DNA of 64,000 nt from an uncultured Planctomycetaceae bacterium (GTDB lineage: Bacteria; Planctomycetota; Planctomycetia; Planctomycetales; Planctomycetaceae): assembly GCA_963976765.1 (NCBI GenBank), contig CAXBME010000014.1, positions 1 through 64,000 of the forward strand, given 5' to 3'. This document shows positions 8,799 through 18,671 of this stretch, piece after piece (the stretch's first letter is position 1; every line of letters begins with the position of its first letter). A model generated the notes under the pieces. That model was not told where the DNA came from. It ran no database searches and saw only the letters and a program-made list of their open reading frames with translations. Made by a program: the position numbers and the translations under genes.

Positions 8799-9899
8799 TC
8801 AAATCTTTATGACTATGCCCTTGACGTACATCCAGTGCAAGAGAAGCCATACGAACAGAATTTCAATACCTGCCGCAAAGAACGGGCCTGCAGCCCCGAG
8901 AATTCGTGCGACGTCACCGCCAGCCACTCGCTCGACCAGCGGGTCAAGCGGAATCAGCCCCGTGACTAGGAACGCGACCAGCAGGTTGCGGCCGATCACG
9001 ACAAATGGGAACAGCACCTGGGGACGCTGCCAGACGTCAGCAACAAGGTAGCAGCCCGCCAGTAGAATTGATCCGATTCCGGCAGTAACCACGACGTAAG
9101 ATGACGTCCAAAGGCTCTTGTTGATGGGCAAGACCAAATCCCACAGGCACCCGACATTGATTGCAAGCAGGCCACCGCCGGCCAGCCATACGACTTTGTC
9201 GAATGACTTTTTGGGCCCTTGGAGTAAATCTCCCCACAGCATTCCCACGAGGCAGCTTCCGATCGCTGGCAATGTTGTCAGCAGGCCCTCGGGATCCCAG
9301 GTGCCGAAATGCTTCCGACCAGGCAGCCACTGGCTGTCGGTCCAGGCTGCAAGATTTCCTTCAAACGAGAAATCGCCACTGCTTCCGCCTGGAACGGGCA
9401 CAAACGCGAGGATGGCCCAGTAACCGCCCAGTATCGCAACCAGCAACAAGTTGCGCCACTCCGTACGAAGATGCAGAAACAGAATAGCTCCGGTTACATA
9501 GCAGATGGCAAGTCGCTGAAGGACGCCCATTAACCGAATATCAGGCCAGGGTTCAGTGAATCCACCGTTGTAGAAAACCCCGAGAGCAAACAGGATTCCA
9601 GATCGACGCAGAATCTTCGAATACGCTTGACGGCGGGTTTCGGGGCTTTCTCGAACCTTTCGAAGCGATAGAGAAATCGACAGCCCCATCAGCATGACAT
9701 AACCGGCAAAACTGAAATCGATCCAGCTCAAACCATGCCACGGCGTGTGGTGAATCTGTCTGCTGACCGCGTCCCGGAACGCCCCGTGAGGCAAACTGGC
9801 CACTGCCGGGACCAGTGGCCAGCTGATCAACCTTTGGGCCATCACAAGGCCACGCAATGCGTCGACGGCCTGAAGACGATCTGAGTTTTCTGGAACCAT
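8799..9899 (-). CDS. HGSNAT/NagX-like (DUF5009) transmembrane N-acetyltransferase
   Basis: RLQAVDALRG, HTPWHG, RLMGVLQRLAICY, DPEGLL, PINKSLWTSSY. Confidence 0.85.
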   Translation of the reverse strand: MVPENSDRLQAVDALRGLVMAQRLISWPLVPAVASLPHGAFRDAVSRQIHHTPWHGLSWIDFSFAGYVMLMGLSISLSLRKVRESPETRRQAYSKILRRSGILFALGVFYNGGFTEPWPDIRLMGVLQRLAICYVTGAILFLHLRTEWRNLLLVAILGGYWAILAFVPVPGGSSGDFSFEGNLAAWTDSQWLPGRKHFGTWDPEGLLTTLPAIGSCLVGMLWGDLLQGPKKSFDKVVWLAGGGLLAINVGCLWDLVLPINKSLWTSSYVVVTAGIGSILLAGCYLVADVWQRPQVLFPFVVIGRNLLVAFLVTGLIPLDPLVERVAGGDVARILGAAGPFFAAGIEILFVWLLLHWMYVKGIVIKI

Positions 9900-10024
9900 T
9901 CGTCGATCGCCATCGAGCCCAAAGGAAGTGAGATGCGAAACTGTCATCTGCGTTGTGTTGGTGTACCTTAACGGTAGCCGCCACAATAATGGCGATACTC
10001 AGGGCCGGAATCCCAGCCGTGTCA

Positions 10025-11821
10025 CTACTGTGAGCCATCAAGATCAGCAGCAGCGTCATCGGCAGGAATGTGATAAACGTAAATTGTGTAGCCGATATGA
10101 TCCACCGGAGCCCGTTCCAGAAAGTCGGTGTAGTTGCCCGATCGACGATACTCTCCACGAAGATGACTCACTGAAATGGCGTACCAGCCCGGTTCGCGAC
10201 CGCCCTCGATAGCATCATTGAATTCTGGTGGACGCTGGAAGTCCACACCGAGTTTTTCAATCGCCGACGAGCCCCAGTAAGCCACATACAGAGGTTTCAA
10301 GTCAGGATGCTCGTCAGCCCATTCAGACAGGTAGATAAAATCTTCACCCCAATCCATGTTTCCGTCGAGCAGGTGAGCGTGTCCATTGAATGGGCCGCCA
10401 ACGGCTTCGTTAAAATAGGCCAGGCTATGCGGAAAAACTGCCACGCTGCTGCAGATAAAGTATGCAAGACATGCTGTCTCGACCCGGAACCTGCGCAGAC
10501 TCCCAACCAGGCCTGGTCGATCCGAGAACACCGAAGCAACGATGACAAAGGCGAATGGAAACGCTGGCAGGATATACCGAAGGCTGTGCCCAAACCCTGT
10601 CTGCGAACAGGCAAGCCCGAACAGCATAATCCCAGGAATAATCAGAAAAACTTCCCCAGACTGGACCAACTTCCGGTGTCGACGCATGAGCCGCCTACAG
10701 AGGCAAAGCCCGGCGAGTAACCAGAATGCAACGGGCGTCTTGGCAGCGACAACATAGAAGTAGTACCACCACCATCCGTGGTCATACCATTGCCCGCAGA
10801 AATAGGTCTTGATCGAGCCTCGACTGTTTTCAAAGTCTCGCCGCTGAAGGTCGATACCCTCCAGGAAGGCTTTGGGTACGGGAACGGGAACGTGCTCAAG
10901 AACGGTCCCCTTGAAGCGATTCCCCAGCCTTGTGGACACTTCTGTCCCTTTAAACGTTGGACTCACAAATTCATAGCGGCCAAGTGGTCTTAGTAAGCCT
11001 TCGAATCCGTACCCAAGATTGAGCACATACAGGGCAATAAACAGCACAGTCGCGGTTCCTTTGATCTGAACGCCCATGCTGGCATTTGCATTACTCAGTT
11101 GCCGTGCCGTCACGGTCGCAAGAGGAAGTGCTATCAGCAATGCGACCGCGTTCGTCTTTGCTAACAGAGCAAGCCCCAGCATCACGCCCGCGATCAAGCA
11201 TCTCTCCCATGAAGCCTGAGTGTTCCATCTCCAGTAGGCATAGCAGGCTGTTAATGAGAGGGCAGTAACCCCTACATCTGGCGTCATGAGATATCCGTGT
11301 GCCAGGATGTTCGGACTGAAGCACCACATCACACAGCACGCCAACGCGGCAAAATTGCCATATAGTTCGTTGGCCCAACGATAACAGATGATTGCTCCAA
11401 GGATCGAAAATGGAATGCATCCCCATCGGGCCAGAGTAAACAACATAAAGCTTCGCTGCCCATTGACATGCACGAAGCTTCTGCCGACGGCATGCTCTGC
11501 ACGAATCCCAGGGCCAATGCGATATCTTCTCCAATCGTATTTTGGAGCGGATGACATTACAGGCAGAGCTGCTGCCATTCTGACTAGGGGGGGGCTGACT
11601 CTGCACAGGTCGAAACGCCCAAATACCCAGTGGCTCAGTCCTGATGCCAGATAAGCAGGCTCGTCAACCGTTGGTGAAAAGCAGCGTGCTCCCCATGCCA
11701 GCATACCTGCCTGGAAGGCAATAATTCCAAAGATAACCAGTTGCAGTTTTCCGGTGGTAGATGCAGACGCACCTGGATGTTCACAGTGTTGAGCTTCGGG
11801 GTGTGTACTGAGATTCGGCAC
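10025..11821 (-). CDS. GT-C fold glycosyltransferase (ArnT/PMT_2-like), paralog of 5832..7748
   Basis: SPTVDEPAYLASG, SPPLVR, GLALLAKTN, DGNMDWGED; same architecture as the paralog. Confidence 0.88.
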   Translation of the reverse strand: MPNLSTHPEAQHCEHPGASASTTGKLQLVIFGIIAFQAGMLAWGARCFSPTVDEPAYLASGLSHWVFGRFDLCRVSPPLVRMAAALPVMSSAPKYDWRRYRIGPGIRAEHAVGRSFVHVNGQRSFMLFTLARWGCIPFSILGAIICYRWANELYGNFAALACCVMWCFSPNILAHGYLMTPDVGVTALSLTACYAYWRWNTQASWERCLIAGVMLGLALLAKTNAVALLIALPLATVTARQLSNANASMGVQIKGTATVLFIALYVLNLGYGFEGLLRPLGRYEFVSPTFKGTEVSTRLGNRFKGTVLEHVPVPVPKAFLEGIDLQRRDFENSRGSIKTYFCGQWYDHGWWWYYFYVVAAKTPVAFWLLAGLCLCRRLMRRHRKLVQSGEVFLIIPGIMLFGLACSQTGFGHSLRYILPAFPFAFVIVASVFSDRPGLVGSLRRFRVETACLAYFICSSVAVFPHSLAYFNEAVGGPFNGHAHLLDGNMDWGEDFIYLSEWADEHPDLKPLYVAYWGSSAIEKLGVDFQRPPEFNDAIEGGREPGWYAISVSHLRGEYRRSGNYTDFLERAPVDHIGYTIYVYHIPADDAAADLDGSQ

Positions 11822-11897
11822 TGATTTCTCAGTCTACGTGTAAACGATTGCCTGTATCCATGCTGTGGAACTGCCTCGCCGTTTCAGCCATGCTGCT

Positions 11898-13325
11898 TTA
11901 TAGAGAGATTGTGCAGTATTTGACATGGATAAGGAAGTCGTACCAGTTTACCGTGTGATGAGCTTTGGTGTGTTTGCTGTTGGTTGGGCTGGTGAGTAGC
12001 TGGTAGAGCCAGGTGAAGGGGTCGATTTCGTTTTTTCGGCAGGTGCGAATGATGGACGGCAGCGTCTGTTGAGCCTGCCTGACGGAGTCGTTGCGGTTGC
12101 CGCCGCTGAGCTTGCGAGCGATCACGTTGAAACGCAGTTCGAATTCGGCTTCATTGTTCGTCGCGCTGACGGCATCGGGTTGACGCAGAAATTCGAAGAC
12201 CTCCGTCGCGTGCTTCCACAGAAACAGGGCGAAGCGTTCGTTGTCCGCGTTGGATTTGATCGGAAGAGCCAGGTCGCGCAACTGGTTCGTCGGGCGACCG
12301 GCCATCACCTTCAGGCCGTGGCTCGTGACTTCTTCGGACTGATAGCGATCGCGCAGGCTCAGGCCGGTCCGCAGCAGAGACTCGACGGCGCGCGGGAAAC
12401 GAACGGCTCCGCGAGTCGCTTTCTCGAGCAGGCCGCGGCAACGCTTCAGCAGATGGAACACGCATTGCTGATGGCGGGCTTCGACGAAGCCATCGTACGC
12501 GGAATAGCCATCGTGAATCATCGTTTCCGGGTAGTCGCTGCCGATGATCCTTTTCGCAACGTCGCGACCTCGCCCGTCGATTTCGTACAACACCGCCCGA
12601 GGCCCGATCAGAACGTGCAGCCACCGACTCTGGCCGTTCACCCGCCAGCCGGTTTCGTCGAGTTTCACCACCGGTGAACCGCGAACTTCCTGCCGGATTT
12701 CGTCCATCGCCGGAGCCGCTTTCTGCGCCGTTCGCAACAGGCTGCGACACGACGACGCTCGACCGATTGTCAGCCCGAACAGAATCTTGAAAGCCCGCTG
12801 AATCTTTCCGTGAGTCAGCCCGACCTCTTTATTCAGGATGGCGATGGCCGCCTGAAGGTTGGGGCCGAACATCACGCCGGCCGCTCCGGTGGCGTTGCTG
12901 GTCTGAAGTTCGTGACGACCTCGAACCGCCCTGCCGCAGTCTTCGCAACAGCCGAGCCGAATGTCAATGCGGCGGTGAATCACCTGCTGAGGAATCTCAA
13001 CCTGATACTGCGTGGCGGGCGTTTCGAACTCCGTCATCCGATCGCTCTGGCAATGCGGACACGACGCCGGCAGCGGCACGTCGATGATTTCATCGAGTTC
13101 TGCATCCGGCACGGGCTCGCGGCGATAGTGAGTGCCGTGATCCTTCCCGGACTTGCGTCCTGGCCTCTTCGGGTTGGGCTTTGGCTCTCCCTTCGCAAAC
13201 GGAGCCGCCTGCCGCTTCCCGGCTCGAGTGGTTTTCTCAAGCAACTCCGTCAGACGCCGCACCTGCTCCTCAAGAGCCTCGACTTTCGCTTCCAGCTCCT
13301 CATATGTCGGCCTACGGTCGTTCAT
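11898..13325 (-). CDS. IS66 family transposase
   Basis: N-terminal coiled coil, CPHC...CEDC zinc ribbon, LDETGW, HDGYSAY, QQCVFHL, TNNEAE. Confidence 0.93.
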   Translation of the reverse strand: MNDRRPTYEELEAKVEALEEQVRRLTELLEKTTRAGKRQAAPFAKGEPKPNPKRPGRKSGKDHGTHYRREPVPDAELDEIIDVPLPASCPHCQSDRMTEFETPATQYQVEIPQQVIHRRIDIRLGCCEDCGRAVRGRHELQTSNATGAAGVMFGPNLQAAIAILNKEVGLTHGKIQRAFKILFGLTIGRASSCRSLLRTAQKAAPAMDEIRQEVRGSPVVKLDETGWRVNGQSRWLHVLIGPRAVLYEIDGRGRDVAKRIIGSDYPETMIHDGYSAYDGFVEARHQQCVFHLLKRCRGLLEKATRGAVRFPRAVESLLRTGLSLRDRYQSEEVTSHGLKVMAGRPTNQLRDLALPIKSNADNERFALFLWKHATEVFEFLRQPDAVSATNNEAEFELRFNVIARKLSGGNRNDSVRQAQQTLPSIIRTCRKNEIDPFTWLYQLLTSPTNSKHTKAHHTVNWYDFLIHVKYCTISL

Positions 13326-13389
13326 CCACGAAAAATGAACTATCAACCAGATCTACGCCACCCCAGTTTCTGCCACGGTAAACTGGTAC
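11940..13389 (-). mobile_element. IS66-family (single-ORF, ISBst12-like) insertion sequence, ~1450 bp
   Basis: Perfect 16-bp terminal inverted repeats GTACCAGTTTACCGTG (11940-11955) and CACGGTAAACTGGTAC (13374-13389); TAAGGAAG near both ends. Confidence 0.9.
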
Positions 13390-13969
13390 TTAAGGAAGCA
13401 GGCGGCGACTCTAGCACCACGTCAACGGCAGACAAATTCCATGGTTGCTGGGCGAGCCTGTTTTAATTGGCTGACGAGATCGGTCGCCTGCTGGGTTCTG
13501 TTGAGGATTGTCGTCATCAGAATCGAATGCTCATCCCCGACCACGTGCAGTTTTCCTCGCGCCAGACGTTTCACAATGACTGGAACCGGCGATTGAACGT
13601 GCGGGGGAACGGGGAACGGCAAAAAGCGAAATGCTCCCGACAGGTCTTGCGGATGACCAGTAAAATTGTGTGCACATCAGTTGCGTTTGTCGCATTCCAG
13701 ATGTACTCTACGTCTGTCAAGCTGATTCCATCTGAACTGTCTCGCCTTGCAATAAAGAGGTGGTGTGGCCGATGGCTGACCGTCAGATTTTCACCATTAG
13801 TTATAGGTCGAGTGAAGGTAATTGGCGTGACGAAGCTTTGCCCCAACTCTCTGCTCGCCAATTGTGAAGACTTCAGTCTCCTTCGCAGTTTTTCAGTTCT
13901 CGCCTGAGAGGGCCAACTCGTCAAGTGCTACAGCGCTGCATTCTCAGCTCACTAGTCAAGGAAGTCGTG

Positions 13970-14614
13970 ATGGTTTGTCGTTATGAGGTGGTCGTCTTTC
14001 TGGTGCTCTGTTCGACTCTCGGCGGGGCCGCTCCGTCTCCCGCCAAGCCTCTTCCTGCGGTGTTTACAACTGCCTATGGGCAGGTAACGCTTTTAGCGGA
14101 TCCAGTTGTTGCCGATGAACTGAATCTGCCTGAGAGTACACGTGCTCTTGTACGCCAACAAGTTGCGAATGTGCAACGTCTCGGCCCCTGCTCAGCAGAC
14201 TGTGAATCTCAACGGGCAGCTCTAAGCAAGCTGGGGGGCGAGATTCGGAAAATGCTTGATTCGTCGCTTTCAGATTCCCAACTTGAAAGGTTGCAGCAGA
14301 TTTCGTGGCAACAGTTAGGTCCCAGACGTCTTTTTCGAGACGAAAAACTGATGGAGCGGTTGATGGTTACAGCCGAACAGAAAAAGAAGCTTGCACTACT
14401 TCTCAAAGAGTACGGGGATGCAGTTGAGCAGATAATCAACCGGCGCGTTGAAGGGAAGAATCAAAAGCCCGCGCCACTTGGTTCAGACGCAAAAGGTGCT
14501 CACAAGACCCTCAGCTCCTTGAGGGAAGTGTACGACCAGAAAGCTATCGATGTACTTGCTACTGAACAAAGAAAGATTCTGCGTGAAGCGCTTGGTAAAC
14601 CGTTCAAATTCTGA
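13970..14614 (+). CDS. Secreted helical protein with Spy/CpxP-like repeats
   Basis: Signal peptide; repeated 'L..EQ' helices (LSDSQLERL, VTAEQKKKL, LATEQRKIL); ends GKPFKF. Confidence 0.65.
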   Translation: MVCRYEVVVFLVLCSTLGGAAPSPAKPLPAVFTTAYGQVTLLADPVVADELNLPESTRALVRQQVANVQRLGPCSADCESQRAALSKLGGEIRKMLDSSLSDSQLERLQQISWQQLGPRRLFRDEKLMERLMVTAEQKKKLALLLKEYGDAVEQIINRRVEGKNQKPAPLGSDAKGAHKTLSSLREVYDQKAIDVLATEQRKILREALGKPFKF

Positions 14615-14662
14615 AGGCCTCATGTAAGTTGATTCACTTCTGAAATAATTTAGGAGACAGCA

Positions 14663-15868
14663 ATGCGATTTTTTTTAATGCTTCTGCTTCTGGCTGCTTG
14701 TCGGCTGCCAGTGGCTTCCGCAGCAGACGACTGCGGTGGCATTCAGAACGGTACGATCATAAAAACGCCAAGCGATGGCTGGGCGCATTACGCACCGAAT
14801 GGCACTCCGGAGTCGATCTCTCTGACTGCTTACAATTGGGAAGATTTCGATGAAGACGAATCCGGTGGTTGCAACTACGATGACAATCATTGGTTTGAGC
14901 AGGATACGGATTGGGCGTCCTTGCCAGATATTGTCGGAGGTGTGTCGACTGCCACTGGTACCTGTGACCCGCCTGAAGGTGTATCTACACTATGGACACC
15001 TTCAGTGGCTCAGTCTGGGATTCAGGTCGAGTGTCGTCTGCATGATTGGCTTCTCCCTAATGATGATTCAAGCAAAGTTGAATATGTTACTGTAAACGCA
15101 TTTTTTGTTTATGTGGATATGACATTGACGACGACTGAGGGTACGTCTACGGCAAGAGTAGTCGAGGGTGATCCTACGCAGACACTCACCAAGGCGATGT
15201 TTGCCCGGGCTGTAGTTAACAATTGGACTAGTGCTACAGGTAATAGTGATGACGATCCGCATTATGCAAATGTGCATTACTCCTTCAAAGCTCAACCGAG
15301 TGGTGCGCCTCTGAACGGTCGACGAATTTCAGCAGATGTTTCCACTGATTCAACGTGCGGATATTCAATTGAAGTGGACGATGCGGACACATTTGATGGC
15401 CCCGTCGTTTTCTCACCGGGCATAACAGTTGGATCCCCTGTTGGCATATCAATTGGTTTTACGCTGACTGTAGGGTCGGATTGTGCGGAGGCCGCAGGAA
15501 TGGCGGCGATCGGCTACACCGCTGACGGTTGGGGAACAACTGAAAGTGCCGCTCTGAATCAGGCTAGCGCCGTAAGTAGCGTGGATACTACCGACTGGCC
15601 CAGTAACTCTGATGGGTGTACCGTGCTCACATCTACCTTCGTTGACTGGACTTGGTTTGACTCTGTCACGAAGACAGGCACGCTCCGTGCTTCAGGCCCG
15701 AAGGCAGGGACTGTTATTCGAGATAAAGGCGGCGACGCACAGGGACAGTGGGATCTCAATGTGATTTCGAAAACATCCGGCGGCCAAGTTGGTGGCTTTG
15801 CGGATTCTAAGACCACAAACTGGTCTACCACTGCCTCTCTGAGTAGCGTCACCTTGGTTGACCCATAG
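14663..15868 (+). CDS. Secreted acidic Thr/Ser/Asp-rich beta protein, hypothetical
   Basis: AGGAG RBS, signal peptide ending VASA-A, several Cys. Confidence 0.75.
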   Translation: MRFFLMLLLLAACRLPVASAADDCGGIQNGTIIKTPSDGWAHYAPNGTPESISLTAYNWEDFDEDESGGCNYDDNHWFEQDTDWASLPDIVGGVSTATGTCDPPEGVSTLWTPSVAQSGIQVECRLHDWLLPNDDSSKVEYVTVNAFFVYVDMTLTTTEGTSTARVVEGDPTQTLTKAMFARAVVNNWTSATGNSDDDPHYANVHYSFKAQPSGAPLNGRRISADVSTDSTCGYSIEVDDADTFDGPVVFSPGITVGSPVGISIGFTLTVGSDCAEAAGMAAIGYTADGWGTTESAALNQASAVSSVDTTDWPSNSDGCTVLTSTFVDWTWFDSVTKTGTLRASGPKAGTVIRDKGGDAQGQWDLNVISKTSGGQVGGFADSKTTNWSTTASLSSVTLVDP

Positions 15869-15917
15869 ACCGCAGCGTTCCCTTGACCGGGCCGGGCGTT
15901 TACGAATTATTATTCGA

Positions 15918-16793
15918 ATGAGGTTTCAAATGGGTGTCAGCTTGTCCCGGGTGTGGGGCGTGATAGCCGTTGTCGCTTGGTTGACTTGTGGACAGTTCTG
16001 CCCGTGCGCAACTGCGCAGCCCGGCATCAAAGAGTTGCGTGCTTCCGCTGACCCAACGCTCATTAAGGGCAGGACGTACGATCTTGCCTTTTGCCCAATG
16101 AATCAGGCAAGCCAAGAGAAAGCGGCAGCAGCATATGAGTTCTATCTTGAGAGTCACCCGCAGAGCGAATTGGCCCCATTTCTCTATTACCATCTTGCCA
16201 GGATGTTCGTTCCGCAAGCTACTTTTCGAGAACAATTGGGCTTCAAGACTGACAAGAAGCGAGCGAGTCGGTACTTTGAATTGTCGATGAAGTCTTACCC
16301 GAAAGGTAAGATTAGTTGGCTCCGCTCTCGTGCTTATGTTTGCTACGCCTCGATGGCAGAAACAGAAGAGGAAAAGCTGCAGCGTTACACGGAGTACTAC
16401 GAATGGCTGCAGTCGCTTGATCGTGATCAAATTGAAGAGCAAATCTGGCTTCCTCCGGATGCTTCCAACGCTTTTAAGAACTCTGAAGTGGGCACGTTTC
16501 TGAAAAACCGCGAGGCGGCTTATGAGGTGGCAGCACACAACATGGCAGCAATCGCGACACAAGTAGATGGTGTAGAGACACTCGAGAAGTTGTCTGCAGA
16601 TTTTCAGGGAAGCAAACTTGCAAAAGTTGCTGATCAAAGGATTGCAAAGTTGATCGAAAATTCTCGCAGAGCTGAATCGGTTGCTCCACGATCCAACTTC
16701 TGGGTAATTCTATTGGTGAATGCGGTGGGGTTTGGCGGGTTGCTGGTTGCTTATTATTGGCACCGCCGAACAAGACAGATCACTACGGAATAG
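15918..16793 (+). CDS. Exported TPR-like protein with C-terminal membrane anchor
   Basis: Signal peptide; TPR-like AAAAYEFYLESHPQSELA; C-terminal TM followed by HRR. Confidence 0.7.
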   Translation: MRFQMGVSLSRVWGVIAVVAWLTCGQFCPCATAQPGIKELRASADPTLIKGRTYDLAFCPMNQASQEKAAAAYEFYLESHPQSELAPFLYYHLARMFVPQATFREQLGFKTDKKRASRYFELSMKSYPKGKISWLRSRAYVCYASMAETEEEKLQRYTEYYEWLQSLDRDQIEEQIWLPPDASNAFKNSEVGTFLKNREAAYEVAAHNMAAIATQVDGVETLEKLSADFQGSKLAKVADQRIAKLIENSRRAESVAPRSNFWVILLVNAVGFGGLLVAYYWHRRTRQITTE

Positions 16794-16809
16794 TTCAGGT
16801 CAGGCGATA

Positions 16810-17541
16810 ATGAAGTCCAAGTGTGACCATTCTGCTAGCACCTCCAGTTGTGGGGTGCAATTGGGCTTTACATTAGTTGAAGTTCTGGTCGTAGTCGCGA
16901 TCATTGGCGTGTTAGTTGCAATCGCCCTCCCGGCGATCTCGAATTCTCGGCAGGCCGCAAGAAATGCTCAGTGCAAGAATAACCTGAAACAGTTGGGGGT
17001 TAGTTTGCAGAATCATATGACCCAGCGAGGTCAGTTGCCTGAGGATGGTTTTAACAGTTGGGGATTCGGGACATTTATACTTCCGCAGTTGGATCAACTG
17101 GCTTTATTTGACAAACTTCGCCCATACGAAGTGGCGCGAAGCGGAGCGTTCCCAGTCAGCTTGGATGGTGTTGGCGCGAAGTTAGATGTTTGGCGCTGCC
17201 CAATCGGTCCGAAAGGTACTGCTGGCGGCAAGTACGGTCGATCGACCTACAAAGGCAACAGCCCTTTGTTTGTCGGAGACTTCACTTTTAGTGATGTCTT
17301 GGACGGTGAAAGCATGACAGTGGTCGCCGGTGAAGTCTTGAGTGACCATGCGTGGGCAAAGCCTGGTACGGCGGGCTTATCGGATCCCCCAAACAGCGGA
17401 GCATTTTCAAGCAACCATACTGGCGGTGCAAATTTTGTGTTGTGCGACGGAGCTGTGCGATTTATCAACGAAAGTGTGGACTCGGCCACTTTCCAGGCTC
17501 TCGGTACACCGAACGGCAGCGACCTGGTTGGTGACTATTAG
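16810..17541 (+). CDS. DUF1559 prepilin-type N-terminal cleavage/methylation protein
   Basis: G-FTLVEVLVVVAIIGVL, QCKNNLKQL, H-X9-DG (HTGGANFVLCDG). Confidence 0.92.
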   Translation: MKSKCDHSASTSSCGVQLGFTLVEVLVVVAIIGVLVAIALPAISNSRQAARNAQCKNNLKQLGVSLQNHMTQRGQLPEDGFNSWGFGTFILPQLDQLALFDKLRPYEVARSGAFPVSLDGVGAKLDVWRCPIGPKGTAGGKYGRSTYKGNSPLFVGDFTFSDVLDGESMTVVAGEVLSDHAWAKPGTAGLSDPPNSGAFSSNHTGGANFVLCDGAVRFINESVDSATFQALGTPNGSDLVGDY

Positions 17542-17559
17542 ATTCGGAGCTCGCTGCAG

Positions 17560-18669
17560 ATGTTCCGAGCGAGATTCACCAGGGCTTACGGAAAGCAGTT
17601 ATCAGACTGCCGCGCGGGCGTTACCTTCGTTGAACTGCTGATTGTGCTGGTCGTTATGACTATCCTGGCCGCGATGGTTTTGCCAGCAATCAGTCAATCG
17701 CGAGCTGTGGCGGTCAAAGCGCAATGTGCGAACAACATGCGAAACGTCGCATTGGGTCTGATCTCTGTCGCTGACCAGAATGGTCGATATCCAGCGTGCG
17801 GGAATTTCGGTCGCGAAAACAATAGTGGCCCAACACTTCATTTTCATACGTGGGTTGTTGATGTACTGCCTTGGCTCGAGCAGCGAAACATCTCGGACCA
17901 ATGGGACAAGGATAAACCACTAAACTTTCCCGCCAACTCTGCTTTGACAACTCTCCATGCTCCGATTCTGACCTGCCCTTCGGACATCAGCGTATCGAGG
18001 CGGTCCACCTCAAGGCGAGGTGACCTGAGCTATGTAGTCAATGGGGGTGTGGGGTTTACTGCTGAACGTTCACCAGGTGTTCATGATTGTCCGATTGACT
18101 GGCATTCAAGGAGTCTTGATCTGAATGGCAACGGAGTGACCTGTCCCCCAGATGATTCGTCAGACAGCCCGACGCCAGATCGAGCCTTGTTCAAGAGCAT
18201 GGGGCTCTTCTTCAACGAGACCTGGAAATGGGACATCACGGTCCGTCATCACACGCCAGCTTCGATCACTGATGGCCTCTCGCAAACCATGTTGGTTTCG
18301 GAAAATGTCCGAACAGGATTTGATCCGTCAAATCCATCAGCAGGCTGGTCGTCCTCGTCACCATGGCTGACAAGCTTCTACATCGGTAATCCCTGCGGGA
18401 ATTCACCGTGTGTAGCTGGATCAGTCGACTATACCCTAAGCAATTCTGGCGACGACGCCATCAATAGCGGTCTCACGAAACCAGAGGGCGAATCACCGGT
18501 TCCAAATTCTTTTCACCTCGGTGGAGTCAACATGGGCTTCTGCGATGGACGCATCACTTTTTTGAATCAGCACATTGAAGGAGCAGTCTACGCGGCACTC
18601 GCCAGTCCCGATGGAGAAGCATTGGTCGGAACGCCACTGGAACAGCCATCCGTCCAGCCACTGGAATAG
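17560..18669 (+). CDS. DUF1559 prepilin-type protein
   Basis: G-VTFVELLIV, QCANNMRN, TDGLSQT, HLGGVNMGFCDG. Confidence 0.92.
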   Translation: MFRARFTRAYGKQLSDCRAGVTFVELLIVLVVMTILAAMVLPAISQSRAVAVKAQCANNMRNVALGLISVADQNGRYPACGNFGRENNSGPTLHFHTWVVDVLPWLEQRNISDQWDKDKPLNFPANSALTTLHAPILTCPSDISVSRRSTSRRGDLSYVVNGGVGFTAERSPGVHDCPIDWHSRSLDLNGNGVTCPPDDSSDSPTPDRALFKSMGLFFNETWKWDITVRHHTPASITDGLSQTMLVSENVRTGFDPSNPSAGWSSSSPWLTSFYIGNPCGNSPCVAGSVDYTLSNSGDDAINSGLTKPEGESPVPNSFHLGGVNMGFCDGRITFLNQHIEGAVYAALASPDGEALVGTPLEQPSVQPLE

Positions 18670-18671
18670 CG

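Noticed and set aside
13959..13969. AAGGAAGTCGT also present at the IS66 left flank
   Set aside because: Short match that coincides with the RBS of the 13970 gene; no other IS end nearby.
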